Of a DNA stretch of 64,000 nucleotides, positions 13,024 to 26,959 are shown piece by piece (position 1 is the stretch's first letter; every line of letters begins with the position of its first letter). Below the pieces are notes generated by a model that saw nothing but the letters and a program-made list of their open reading frames with translations, was not told the DNA's origin and made no database searches. Made by a program: the position numbers and the translations under genes. Source of the stretch: Octopus vulgaris (lineage: Eukaryota); contig OX597822.1 in assembly GCA_951406725.2 (NCBI GenBank), positions 66,402,001-66,466,000 on the forward strand, read 5' to 3'.

Positions 13024-13648
13024 CATTCTCTAAACATTCACCAAACCAATTACAAACTGTCTACGACAAAGGGACTAAATTTATCATGTTCTAAATTTTA
13101 TGATAGTGTAATACGCGGTATGACTGACATTGTCGCCTGCTGAAACAAGACATTTAGCCTAATATTAGTTACCGGATACTGCTTATGGAGGGTTACTGAC
13201 CTGTAGATTGCAATTAAGCCTCCACTCGTAGATCTTACCAATTATAGCTGACTACAGTCAATCAATAGCAACAATAAGCACTGCACGAGAAATATTTTAA
13301 AGAAATGTAATAGAAAATAGTTATTTCTAAATGTCATCATAATTCTTCGTTTTGCAATGAAATCAAAGATAGCGGAAAAATTTCCGCTTGGCCGGAGGTC
13401 TTCATATATTTCGCTGTCTGCATTTCTCAAAGGTATATCTCAAAGTCTGTTAGTTTGTCTGTCAGCCTGATTATTTTCTTTTTATATATGCCTGCATAGC
13501 AGCATTTCTGAATGCTTTCGTTCTGTGTGTTTATCTATTTGTATAATTACTTATCTGTCAGTTCGTGTGCTCCCCTGTGTGTTTACGTATCCATAATTCA
13601 ATATGTATATGCTATACAGCCAGTCTTTTTTAACCAGCACACAACCTA

Positions 13649-13706
<58 letters not shown>

Positions 13707-14070
13707 CCTTTTCTTCCTCTCTTTTCCTTCCTTTCTATTTTTGCCTGCTGATATACTTTATGTGTACATCTATGCGTGTCTTTACCCACGCGCACGTCCG
13801 CTTTAGATATACGCAGCAGCAGTTGTCGATGATGATGATGATGTTCTTACCGCTGTTGCAATTCTTTTCCTGGAAGATGAGGAGGAGGAGGAGGAGGGGA
13901 AAGAGGGGAGCATGGAGAGCAATGTTGATGAATGAAAGTATAAAAGAAATAAAATATAAAATACATATGAAAATAATAAAGTAGCCAAACGTCTTCGTAT
14001 AATTTTATCTGAATTAGGCATCGGCATAAAAGTTAAGAAGAATGTTTTAGCGTTGAATAACTTCAATGTG

Positions 14071-14941
14071 CGAGGAGTACCCAAAAGAAACTGGAATTTT
14101 GCAATGTTATTTTATTCACTTAGCCTTATACCTTTACACTTTTATCGACTTCAGACAATTCTCCAGTTGCAACAGTAAATCGGTTCAGACCCGTTTTCTC
14201 CTGTTGGAAGCAATGCTTGAACTCTTGTGAAGTGATGCCTTTTAACACCTTCGTCGTTTTTTTCTTCACCACTTCCACATCTGCAAATTCTGTACCACCA
14301 GCTTTCATCACCAGTGATGACCTTCGAAAAACAGACCGGGCCAACTACCAAACTTTCAGATTACGACACGCATTCAGCCGTGATTGCTTCCGTGAGCAAG
14401 CGAAGCATAAATTTTTTCTGCAACTCTTTTCATTCGTAATTCATCGCAGACAATTCGTTGGCAGGTGCTCCAGTACTCACAACTCATATGAACAAGTTCG
14501 TCAATTGCTCAATGACGGTCATCCGAGATCAGTTCATGAATATTCATGATGTTTTCATTCGTTCGGTATGTCGACGGTCGCCCTGAATAAGATTGGTCTT
14601 CAACATGTGACCGTTCCTAAAGCGTGAAAATCCTTCGTAAAATTATATTTGGTCATGAAATCGTCCTTGTAAGCTGTTTGAAGCATGAGGACTGTTTCGG
14701 CCGCTGTTCTCACCAGCGGGGAGCAGAATTTCATGGAAGCACACTACACCTTCGTTTCAGCCATCGCAAAAGTCGACGACTAGTGAGGAAGCACTGCAAA
14801 ATAAAGCTCATCCGACAACGCTGGTTAGTAGACTTGAAACTACTTGATGCGACCATCAGGGCGCATCAAGTGGTTTCTAGCGACACAAGGCCGAACTACA
14901 ACGGGCTTGTCCCACAGACGACTTATCCGGTTACCCCCTCG
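14071..14941 (-). mobile_element. Defective mariner (Tc1/mariner) DNA transposon
   Basis: VITGDESW motif (ORF 14151-14351), imperfect TIRs cgaggagtacc / ttaccccctcg followed by TA, multiple stops. Confidence 0.8.
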
Positions 14942-15429
14942 TAAAATATTTTCAACGTCATCATTTACATGCAGTGTCATGTGTAGTTTGTACTGAACTA
15001 CATACATACAATTGCTTGGCGAGAACAAACGCTTCTTGACCCATATAAAATCCAGATCTGACCAGCTATTTCATTAGATGTTTAAATGTTGAAATTTAAA
15101 TCATTACGGAACCTGTAAAATGGAGGCTGCATTTCGATAAGTGTAAAGGTCAAAGTGGTGTTAGAAGGTTCCAGATTAATTCATAGTTCAATGAAATGCT
15201 TTCGCTTCTGTAGCGATGTATTCTTTGATCATTCGACCGTATAAATTGATTATTTGAAATATTGTTCCGCCGCAAATTATATTAGCTTTGTTTCAATTTT
15301 GTAAACAACTTCCAACATTGCTTGACAACTTTATTTAAGACTTTAATAGACATATACACACGCGCACACACACGCCTCCACATACGCACGCACACACACA
15401 CACACACACACAAGCACACACAAACACAC

Positions 15430-15479
<50 letters not shown>

Positions 15480-15879
15480 AACACACACCACACACACACA
15501 CACACACGCGCACATAGAAACACACACTCACAAAACGGATTCGTATAGCGCACTACTCGTATTAATTAACTACTTCACTTCCCTGCTATTCTTCCATCTT
15601 CTCACTACATGTTACGTCTTCATATATGTTCTCATATGTTCTTCCATTATGTTCTCATCAAAATTTACCACAAAAATTTGCCATTACGTTTGATTTCTTT
15701 CACTTCAGAACTCTCTCTACCATTTTAAGTGTCTTGCCAATTGTTTGAAAATAGTTTTAAAATAGTTTGTTCTTTAATATTTCAGTTACAACTCTTCCGC
15801 TTACAACCATTTTGTTTGATTTTCGTCTTTTAGCTTCCACCATTCTTGGTTTGCTACAGTTAAGTTAATCTCGGCAGAC

Positions 15880-16200
15880 TTTCCTCACTCAAACGAGCCC
15901 ATAACCTGCGAAACCTGTGGTCCACAGTTTCTTCACTAACACCACCTCCCAGCCTGACTCGTTGCCCTTCCCACCCACGCTGTCGCACTTGCCTCTACCT
16001 CTTCAACATCACCATCCTCACAGGCACCCATCGTCGTCCCTATCATATCACCGACTTCTTTACCTGCACTTCTAGTAATGTCATTTAATGCATCTCGTGC
16101 TATCTCTGTCCTTCCCTGTACATCGGTCGCTGCTTAGCGGAGCACTTCTGAATCATCAAACTCGATAATGACACCCCAGTATCGCGCCATTTCCGCTCTA
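15880..16200 (+). pseudogene. Penelope-like element GIY-YIG endonuclease remnant
   Basis: Manual translation: KRAHNLRNL...HPRCRTCLY...FTCTSSNVI*CISCYLCPSLYIG...TPVSRHF, typical of the Penelope linker and GIY-YIG domain. Confidence 0.75.
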
Positions 16201-16204
16201 CATC

Positions 16205-16415
16205 TGTATCTCCAAGCCACCGATGTTATCCAAGGGAAAGGCAAAGACCGATACATCTCAGCACCAGTGATGCCACAACTCATTTCTACGGCTGAGTGAA
16301 ATGGAACAATGGGGAATAAAGTGTCTTGCTCAAGACAAAACACAAACTAGTCCGGGAATCGAACTCACTACCTCGACATTGTGAGTACGACGCTGCAACC
16401 ACTGATCCACGCGAT
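16205..16415 (-). mobile_element. tRNA-derived SINE (family D-like)
   Basis: Reverse complement gives gagttcgattccc (B box)...gtcttgagcaagacactt...cactcagc, similar to the 38193 copy. Confidence 0.7.
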
Positions 16416-16899
16416 TTCAAACGTGTGTGTGTGTTTACATACACACGGGCACACACACATGCATACATGCATACAAACATTATATTATATTATATTATAT
16501 TATATTATATCTTTTTGATCAGTGTATTACTGTAAATTATTTTTATCTTCATTCTCTTTTACTTTCTTTCTCCGAAGAGAGAAACCTCTCATATTCTTTT
16601 CCCTATTTTTTGACCAGCAATTTCCTCCATTTTAAAAATTTTGTCCCTCCCACTTATATGCCACGAGTGTAATGGGTAAGACTGTTTTACAAGTCTGACG
16701 TGGACGTCCTTGTATGCACTCCTACAAATTATATTCACCTTGGACGGTTGTGCCCATGATCTACGGACAATTACGTAATTTGTTGATAGTGAAACATGCA
16801 TACGAATAATCCATATTTTTATTACTTTTTCTTTTGTCTTGCTCGATTATGTTTTGGTTGTTTTGCTGAATTTTTCTTGAGAACATTTCTTGGTGGTGA

Positions 16900-17065
16900 G
16901 ACCGTAGCGGATCTATTTCTAGCATAGGGTGTCCACATAGTGGCTTCCCTCGAATATATATATAATATAAATTTACTGAACCTTCAGTTTTTTTTATGCT
17001 AGACCACTGGTGTGAAATCGATGTTAATTAAATTAATATCTAATTTCTCACCCTCATTTTAAATT
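16900..17065. repeat. Second copy of the 1302-1450 repeat
   Basis: ctagcatagggtgtccacatagtgg...tttactgaaccttcag...gctagaccactgg...caccctcattt. Confidence 0.8.
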
Positions 17066-17082
17066 TAAAATTAAATACATAC

Positions 17083-17159
<77 letters not shown>

Positions 17160-17339
17160 CATATATACGAAAGGCTTCTTTCAGTTTCCGTCTACCATAT
17201 CTACTCACCATGCTGCGACACACGGTGGCTTTTAAATCCATGCAGGAGGAGAAGGTGACATTCATGCACCTACTCACTTTAACTAGTTTCGGGATGCTCA
17301 TTACAAACTGCAACATCATACTGAAACGAAACCGTTTTC

Positions 17340-17950
17340 CTAACAGTTTCTCGAAAATTTTTAGACATCATTCTATTGTATTGTGGTACGCAGATTATGT
17401 AAATGATCCAGCATTTCAAATAGAGCTAATTTAAGTAGTTAAGGAGGCTGAAAATCAGTTCGCGCTACACGTCAATGATGATAGGGCTGACTGCATTGTT
17501 TGCAAGGAATCAAAATAAAATATTATATCATTAAAGGGTTTTAATATGAAGTATGCAAATGACTTCAGATATCTGGGATCGCGAAGTGCATACTAAAAGG
17601 CAGGCAATAATTTAAGAATTGACTTGGAAAGCACAGCGAGGAAATATATATGTAAGATATGGTAAACTATATAATGATATCGAAATACAGGTTTTAGAAA
17701 TGTTCAAGCATGAAATGGATATATATTCGAAGAAACAAAAGAAAGTAGTCTTTGCGGACCATGCTGTACAATGTTCAAAAGAAAGAAGAATTTTCCTTTG
17801 GAACATGAAAGTGTAGCGTTATTAACAGATAACGAAAGAGAAACACTTGAATTTGCAGGACAATAATAGAGAAAAATTGATGGAGATGTACGACAACAAT
17901 TATTCTGTAAATTACGAGAATGGTGTAAAAGAAGGCGTTGGCATTATCGA
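17340..17950 (+). pseudogene. Decayed RTE-like reverse transcriptase remnant
   Basis: LWYADYV (cf. YADD) at about 17380 and DFRYLGS at about 17561. Confidence 0.5.
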
Positions 17951-18060
17951 AGATTTATGGGGTGAAGATATATGTAGGACCCCGGTAAAATGAGTTATGC
18001 CAGGGCTTATAATGGTGTTGATGTGAATCAGTAAATGTATATATATATATACATATATAT

Positions 18061-18263
18061 TCTTTTATGCTTTAAATTGTTTCAGTTATTTTGACTGCGG
18101 CCCTGCTGGAGCACCGCCATCAGTCGAGCAAATCTACCCCAGGAATTATTCTTTGTAAGCCTACTACTTATTCTTTTTTGTTTTTGTTGAACTGCTAAGT
18201 TACGAGGACGTCAACGCAACAAACAAACACAGACACACCAACATATGCACACACACACACACG

Positions 18264-18316
<53 letters not shown>

Positions 18317-18482
18317 ACGACGCGCTTCTTTCAGTTTACGTCTACCAAATCCATTCACAAGGCCATGGTCGGCCGGAGGCTATAGTAGAAGAAAGTTCCC
18401 CAAGGTGCCACGCAGTGGGACTGAACCCGGAACCGTGTGGTTGGTACGCAAATGTCTTGTCCCACGGCCACTCCTGAGCCTA
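18061..18482 (-). mobile_element. SINE A, near full length
   Basis: Reverse complement of the family consensus. Confidence 0.9.
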
Positions 18483-18549
18483 TATATATATTCCAAATAT
18501 GTATGTATATACAGTATTGAAAAAATTTGCTCCTTATTGACCATATTTA

Positions 18550-19440
18550 CGAGGGGAGGGTAATTCCTAAAGTAATTTCCAAAAATATTTAGAAATCACA
18601 GAAACGTTTATTGTCAATGATGTTTATGTCATTCAAAAGTTTGAACATTTATCTATTTTTCGACATAATCGTCATTTCGGGCAGGCATTTTTGTAGGCGC
18701 TGGGTCAGTTTTAGTATGCCCATGCCATACAAGCTCACCACCATCTCGTTGAGGAAGCGTTGAACCTCATCTTTCACCTCGTCCTCGTTACTGAAGCGCG
18801 TTCCGGCGAAATGTACATTCAGCTTACGGAACCCGTGGTAGTCACTGGGTGCCAAGTGCAGACTATAAGCTGGGTTGCCTTTTATGGTCTTCTCTGAGCA
18901 TTCGTGGTACTCATTTTGCGCACACCTTCAGATATTGCAACGTTTCACTCAAAACCCTATGAATGGTGATTCGGGAAACCTCAGGAACCAAAATGCGGAG
19001 ATCATCCAGAGTGATCCACCAAACTTCACGTAGGATTTTCTCAACCTTCGCGACTGTCACGTCGGAAATTGATGGTTGCCCGCTTCTTTGTTCGTTAGGA
19101 ATTTCGGAACAGCCAGCTGCAAACTCCATACAACATTTGCGGACGTTTTTGACATCCATGCACGACTGGCCATACACTTCCGTTAATTGGCTATGAATTT
19201 CAATTAGTTTAATGCATTTTGCCTTTAAAAATCAAATAAATGCGCGAACTTCACACTTGACAGTAGCGTCAATCGGGAGCGCCATCAGATACGACTTCCG
19301 AGCCAAGACTGAACCTGGCAGCGAGGCGCGCACAGGAGGAGGCGCATGCACAACAAACACAACCGTGTTGCCAACAGCCGCACGCACAGTTTCCCTGCAT
19401 CCCCAGCGCTTTGGAGACCTTATTTCGGGGATTACCCTCG
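18550..19440 (-). mobile_element. Internally deleted mariner transposon
   Basis: TA flanks at 18548 and 19441, TIRs cgagg..ggtaattcc / ggattaccctcg; N-terminal HTH to KVCAK*VPR joined to (Y)SLHLAPSDY; central catalytic region missing. Confidence 0.9.
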
Positions 19441-19501
19441 TACGCACACACACACACACACACGCACACACACAAACACACGTACACACAAACGCGAACA
19501 C

Positions 19502-19552
19502 AGATAGATAGATAGACAGACAGACAAACAGACAAACAGACAAAAGACAGAG

Positions 19553-19599
<47 letters not shown>

Positions 19600-19632
19600 A
19601 AGACAGACACACAGACAGACAGACAGACAGAC

Positions 19633-19686
<54 letters not shown>
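19502..19686. repeat. (GATA)n/(GACA)n microsatellite
   Basis: Direct observation. Confidence 0.95.
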
Positions 19687-19687
<1 letters not shown>

Positions 19688-19731
19688 ATATATTATCCCC
19701 TAAAAATCTTACTATTTAAAATAATACCAAA

Positions 19732-19806
19732 CAGGATACTTTCGTTTGTATAGATCATTTCCCTTTGATTGAAAGGGAAATGATCTATACAAACGAAAGT
19801 ATCCTG
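19732..19806. other. Perfect 35-bp inverted repeat with a 5-nt loop
   Basis: caggatactttcgtttgtatagatcatttcccttt-gattg-aaagggaaatgatctatacaaacgaaagtatcctg. Confidence 0.95.
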
Positions 19807-19932
19807 CTCAATATCCTGCTTTTCAATGAAAGGGGTGGAAAAACTTATGCGATGGCATGGATGTGTTACCTTCTGCAGCCCAATATCAAGTGATTAAGCT
19901 GAATTCTCGGCGTGCGCGTGCACCCAGAAGCA

Positions 19933-20035
<103 letters not shown>

Positions 20036-20228
20036 ATACAATTACATATTTGCAGGTATATGATCATTTGTATTGATTCATGAATAAAACATGAGCAACA
20101 ATACATACATATATGTATATTTAATATACATAAATATATATATATATTAGTTAAATAAAATAATATATGAAATATGTTATAATACATGGCTTATATATAT
20201 ATATCGTGTATGTATGTATATATATAAA

Positions 20229-20268
<40 letters not shown>

Positions 20269-20867
20269 CTTATGTATGTATGTGTGTCAGTGAGTAATTC
20301 TTTCTCTGTATGCAACTTTGTAAATACGATGGGTGTATGTACACATATTTATCTTTGTATGCCTACCTTTCTCTTCCTTCCTGTTAACCGCATACATTTA
20401 ATTACCCATACGCCTACGATTACAGACAATTTTATTCATACATACATATGTCTGCGTGTTTGTGTGTTTGCGTGTGAGTGTAGAAATTAATGTATATAAA
20501 GCAATCTAGACATTCGTTTTCGTTCGCGTTTTATATTTATATCTTCACCTTTGTAAACATTAAGAATCCCAGAAGCATATTTCACTTCTGACCATATATA
20601 AACAAACCAGGGAAATTACTTACTCTTAATGTACACAGGATAATGATCTGCCGACGAGGTATCATACGAGGTATCATACGTAAACGCACAGACATTGCAC
20701 ACAGATTATACACACACGTGTCAAGCAAACGTTATATATAGAGAGACACGTGCATAAAAAACATGCAATCGCACAAAGGTAAACAGATATATATGTACAC
20801 ACACATATACGCACACACACATATATATGTGTGTATATATATATATAAATGTATATATATATAAATG

Positions 20868-20922
<55 letters not shown>

Positions 20923-21687
20923 TTATATGTATGCATATATACATATATATACACGTGTGTGGTGTGTGTGTGTGTAGTTAGATAGAATTCGGTTGTATGC
21001 TATGCAAAGCTCTTCTGCAGTTATAGGCTATCTGAAGTTATCATACAGTGGAAATGGTCTTTCTCCTGGATATATATTAGGAGTGCCATAGTTTCTATAC
21101 AATGTATATAAGTAGGTAAATAATAGAATACGGATTGGATGATATTCTTTATTTTAAGTCCCTATGATTGTGAAGTCCAATTTATTTCATTCTAAATAAT
21201 TTTCATATAACACGAAATTATTAATTCTTGATTGCAGAAACAACACCTTGTATATTATGTTCAATAACAAATGTACATTTGTCAAGTTAACACGGTTGAA
21301 AATGCCTAAGAACCACAGCAACTGATGTTCCTGCGAATTCTTGTCCGAATTCTCAGAAAATAAAATATGATACACATTGGATTATCATGTATGAAAGAAA
21401 AATATTCCACGTAAGATATCCATTTCCAGTAAACGTATTTGTTCTTTATACGCCATTTGGTGAAATATCCGATGCTGCTCGAGTTGAGGACTGAGGTAAT
21501 TAACTATACAAATTAAAATGTTTTAATTAACTTGGCTAAATATAGTTAGTATTGGTAATTTTATTCAATATCTTTTAAATGATATTTTTCAAACATCAAT
21601 GCATATTATATTACAATTCCCCAAAACATCTGTACACAAATTTAGGCCATGTACAGTCTTATTAGTACATACCTTCACTCACACACA

Positions 21688-21736
<49 letters not shown>

Positions 21737-21871
21737 ACATATACATATACCTACATATATACATATATATAGATATGAATACACACACACAAACACATAT
21801 ATACGTATATGCATATATATACATACATATACATATATATACACATACATATATTTATACATAGACACACT

Positions 21872-21906
<35 letters not shown>

Positions 21907-22163
21907 TATTTAATTTCCTAACTGTCTATCATTGAATCTACTTATCTATGTTGTACTCTAATCGCCCTAATTCTCCCAGTAACTCATCATCTATTTATCA
22001 ACGAGACTTCTCTCATCTTAGAAACGTTAAATATGCATCTCTACCTATGGAGATACTCATTATTTTCTCATACTTTACACTTCTTCCCCCCCCCCACGCA
22101 GTTTCTCTCTCACTCCCTCGCATTCTTCATATACATACATACACACACACACATATATATACA

Positions 22164-22199
<36 letters not shown>

Positions 22200-22368
22200 T
22201 GTATGTATGTATGTATTTATGCGTATATATATATATAATATATAGTTTTGTGTATATATGCCTACTTATGTATATATATATATATATATATATCTTTGTA
22301 CCACCCTCCGTTTCTGTCTCTGTCTCTCTCTTTATATACATATATAATATATATAATGCACCCCACAC

Positions 22369-22437
<69 letters not shown>

Positions 22438-22845
22438 TAACGCTAGTCTTTTCTATTTTATCACCTCCCGCTTTCATTCACTCAGGCATGTGTTTAATAT
22501 ATCACCTCCTTTATAAACCCCAACCCTCCTATTGCATTCCTTTCTTTTTTAGTGCCCTAATATGAGACAGTCCTGTCTCTGCAACAATCTCTCATCACGT
22601 GTATTAATTTTTTCTCACCTAAATTCTCTCAGCCCTCCTCTTATTTGCTCATATTTTTTTCTCTTGACAATTTCATTACATTATTATTTTTAACCCTTTC
22701 TGCTACCCTAATTTCCACCATACTGTTCTTTAGTGCGCTCTTCTCTGTTGTATTCTATTTCTCCCCTGCAGTTACATCCATTTATAGGTATATTACAATA
22801 AAACCATGCATACATTACAATTATATTATATGTATGTATGATGGT

Positions 22846-23010
22846 GGGGTGTCTCTGTGAATATACATACATATAAGCTTGCATCCCAGCCACAAGATTT
22901 CCAGTTCAATCCCACAGTGTGGCGCCTAGAACAAGTGTCTTCTACTATAGTCTCGGGCCGATCAAAGCCTTGTCAGTGGATTTGCTAGGCGAAAACTGAA
23001 AGAAGATCGC
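22846..23010 (+). mobile_element. Degenerate SINE A 5' half
   Basis: caagtgtcttctactatagtctcgggccgatcaaagccttg. Confidence 0.75.
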
Positions 23011-23083
23011 AGTATATTTAGTTGAAATTTACAGGAAAACAAATGACGAAGACAGGTGTATGAACTACAAGCAAGTGTATTGG

Positions 23084-23121
<38 letters not shown>

Positions 23122-23148
23122 CATATATATATATAGATAGATAGATGA

Positions 23149-25495
23149 GTTTCTTTATTGGCCATACAGGGCTGCACAGAGATGGGACAAATTACAAGGT
23201 AGAGCTTTTCTTTTGGGGGAGAAAAAAAAAGGTGGCGTAGGTTTTCGATCAAAAGGGATCGTAAAAGGGAAAAAAGAACAAAAAAAGGAAAAGAAAAAAA
23301 AGAAAAAAGGGAAAAAGAACAAAAGAAAAGAAAAATGAAAAAAGAAGAAAAAAGAGGAAAAAAGGGGAAGAGGAAAAAACGATCAATAAGGATCGTGTAT
23401 CACAGTGTCATGATGTATGGTGTAAAGGGGAAAGCAAGTAAGGTTTATCCGTGGGAAGAAAAGCCTACGGAAAAGACCACGGTAACCTTGGTCAATATTG
23501 TTATGTTACCACATTTGTTTACACGTGGGTAACCCTCTGTTTTCAATTTCTGGGTTCATAGGATTATGCGCAAGGTGGCTTGGTTATTCATACGTGCCAT
23601 CCTTGCTACATTCACCAATCTTTTTTTAAAACGTTCGCTAGACAAAACTTGCCTCTCTACTCTCACTTTCCTTTTCAAGTGGTACTTGAAGAAGTTAATG
23701 AGAGGTTGACTAGAGAGGAAAGTGTTTGTCTCCAATCCTTTCAGACGCGTCCACCAGATACATTCTTTCGCCATAGCCACAAGGATGATGAAAATAGCTC
23801 TTCCTTCCGTTTGAAGGAAGGAGGCGTGACAATATTGACGATAGACTCAGCTGATAAACCGACTCGTCCCACACGTGAAGCAGTTGTTCGACATAAGCCC
23901 ACAGGTCGGAAATTGTTGGACACTGCACGAGTGCGTGCAGAACGGTTTCGTCGCTCTGACCGCATCTCGGGCAGGTCGGCCCCGTGTTTCTCGAGCCGTG
24001 TCTGTAGAGCTTATCCCGAACGGGTAGCGCTTCTCGGTAGCACTGCCAGGCCAGGGATCTCTGGCAGTTGTCCATGGGCCCTGGCCCGAAAGTCGTCCCG
24101 AACAGGCGGGTCAGGTATTCCTCGTCGACGTCCAGGTTCGCTCCGAGCTCGTCGTCGTACCTCCCCTCCACTAATCCCCTATAGAATGCTTTGGTTGTGA
24201 TGGAGTCACTCAAGGTTGACCAAGGACGACAGAGTTGTTTGAGAGCAACGCGACACTCGCGGTGCCATTTGCCCTTCCTCGGCCTCTTTTTGAACCACGG
24301 TTGCAATTCGGTCATGGAGACGAGCTGCGGGAAAGCATGCCTCACAAACGGCGACTACACCTGTTCACCGTCGTCGACGAAGAGCCTGAGATGTCGCAGT
24401 CTCAGCGCGTGTCTGCGCATCATCAACCACGGCATGCCCAGTCCTCCTTTTAACGGGTGTTGACAGCAAATGGATCGCCTGACCATCGGGACGCATCCTT
24501 TCCACAAGAAGCAAAAGAGAATGTGTTCTAGTTTGGTGATGGTAGGGTCGGGACAAGGCACGACGGTCAGGCGGTAGTAGATGACGGACGCGATGTACGT
24601 GTTCGCCACCTCCGCCCGACCTTTTAGGGACAGTTTCCTCTCGGCCCATTGCCGGGTGAGAGTGACCACCCTACTCGTTATCTCGTTCCAGTTCTTCTCA
24701 ACTTGGAGGTCCGGACCAAACCAGACCCCGAGCAACTCGACCGGACCGTCGGTCCAGCGTCCCACAACGGAGGCGCTGGTGGACGGCATGGGCTTGCTTC
24801 TCCAGGTGCCTAGTCGCAAGCCCACTGACATTTCCCGGTTGATTTTTGCTCCTGTCACCGCCTCGTAGTTTTTCAGTGTCTCGCCGACCTGCTCGATTTG
24901 CTCGTGGCTAGACACTATGACGGTGACGTCGTCCGCGTATGCAGACACGCTCGTCCCGCATCCCAGTTCTCGCGGGATGCCCCTCAGAGTTGCCAGCTTT
25001 CGGAATAGTGGCTCGAGAGTCAATACGTATAGAAGCGACGAGAGGGGGCATCCCTGACAGACCGAACGTGTGATGTCGAAAGGTCTCGATAGATGTCTAT
25101 TTACGCGAATTACCGAACGGATGCCTCTGTACAAAGCGGCTATCCAGCCGCGGAAGACGGGACGAAGCCAGCCGCTCTGAGGACTGCCTCCAAGTATCGA
25201 TGGTCTACCCTATCGAAAGCTTTCGATTGATCCAAATTGATCAGCGCCCCACCCATGCCAGGTTCGTTAACTACTCTGTCTATGATGTAGCGCATCAGGT
25301 GGAGGTTGTCATGGATGGTCCGGCCCGGCACGGCGCACGTTTGCGCCTTGTTGACCAGTTTCTCGATGACAAGCGCCAGCCTCTTGGCTAACAACTTGCC
25401 CAAAATTTTCAAGTCTGCATTAAGCAGAGTAATGGGCCTAAAGTTATCTATTACATTTCCCTTGTTTAGATCTTTCTTCAGCAGTGTTACGGCTC
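23149..25495 (-). mobile_element. 5'-truncated L1-group (Tx1-like) LINE inserted in (TATC)n
   Basis: ORF2 remnant plus pyrimidine-rich 3' UTR ending aataaagaaac; GATA repeats on both sides, possible TSD atctatctatct. Confidence 0.9.
23556..25495 (-). pseudogene. L1/Tx1 ORF2 (RT plus C-terminal CCHC), frameshifted
   Basis: RPITLLNAD, DQSKAFDRV, QGCPLS, AYADD and CPRCGQSDETVLHALVQCP spread over ORFs 25140-25412, 24355-25134, 23710-24345 and 23556-23780. Confidence 0.92.
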
Positions 25496-25858
<363 letters not shown>

Positions 25859-26599
25859 GCTATATCATGTGAACGCTTACAATTTACGCGTACTCTTGAG
25901 TGAATATACTATTGCCGAATATATATTCTTCAATACGTCCACACATGACTGTCGTTTAGTCACAGGACAGTTCTAATTATGCATATTTATGAATAACAGA
26001 TGTTCCTCCTTGTTCCTTGCATTGCCTTAGAAACATAGGTTGCGCAGTACACTCTGTTTTTTTTGCATGCTTTTACTCATTGAAGTTTCAGTTTCTAATT
26101 TGAGGAACATATTACGTTACTATTTCTAGTAAATCGTTCCAACGCTTAGTTTTCTCTATATTTTACTCACGCATATATATGCCTTCCAAGCATGCCTTTC
26201 GTTTCAAATATAACACTGTAAGAACTTCAGTAATGTCTATTGCTCAACAAACCTACTTTGATATAAAATTGTAGTGAATAACGCTCAAATACCTACATGT
26301 CTTACAGATATAATACGATGATGTAATGTACCGTAAAGTTTATATTTCTGAAGTCCCGCCATCTTCAGAGTTAGACATGAGTGCATATCTTAGCTAAATA
26401 CTACGTCTATTACACAAAGTACAAGTAAAATATTTCTGGAACAGTAGTAAATAGCTTGATCTATCTTTCTCCCTTTCCCTGTCTCTTACTCAAATTTTCC
26501 CTCTCTTAAGTCCAATTGATTATCTCTCTCTCTCTCTCTCTTTATCTCTCTGTCTATCTCTCTTTCAATCAGTGATTCGTTATCGTAAAGGCAGAAAAT

Positions 26600-26914
26600 T
26601 TCTCTTACATCATACAGACATATATATGCGTTACCAACCTTGTCTCCACTCTTTTGCCTTTAAAAACCCACTTTGCTCTTGTTATCGTAAACATCCGCCT
26701 TTCACCATGTGCTACTCCTAACACCAGCCGTTTTTTTCTCTATCTCCGTTGCCCGCTCCGGGATCTTTCTTTCCTCTCTCTTCCTTCTTTATGTTTCCGA
26801 CGAAGAGCTCCGCTCGAAACGTCATACCTCCCTGCTTCCATTTCCTGAGCGCCTATTAATAATAATACTGTAATTGTTCCCTTGTTGTTGTTTTTTTGTT
26901 TCCCGTTTGGATTA

Positions 26915-26915
<1 letters not shown>
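26600..26915 (+). mobile_element. Penelope-like terminal repeat containing a hammerhead-like motif
   Basis: Homologous to 40311-40462; contains gttt-CCGACGA-a-gagc/gctc-GAAA-cgtc at 26793-26827. Confidence 0.6.

Positions 26916-26959
<44 letters not shown>

Noticed and set aside
23580-24200. 206-aa plus-strand ORF
   Set aside because: Antisense shadow of the GC-rich LINE ORF2.
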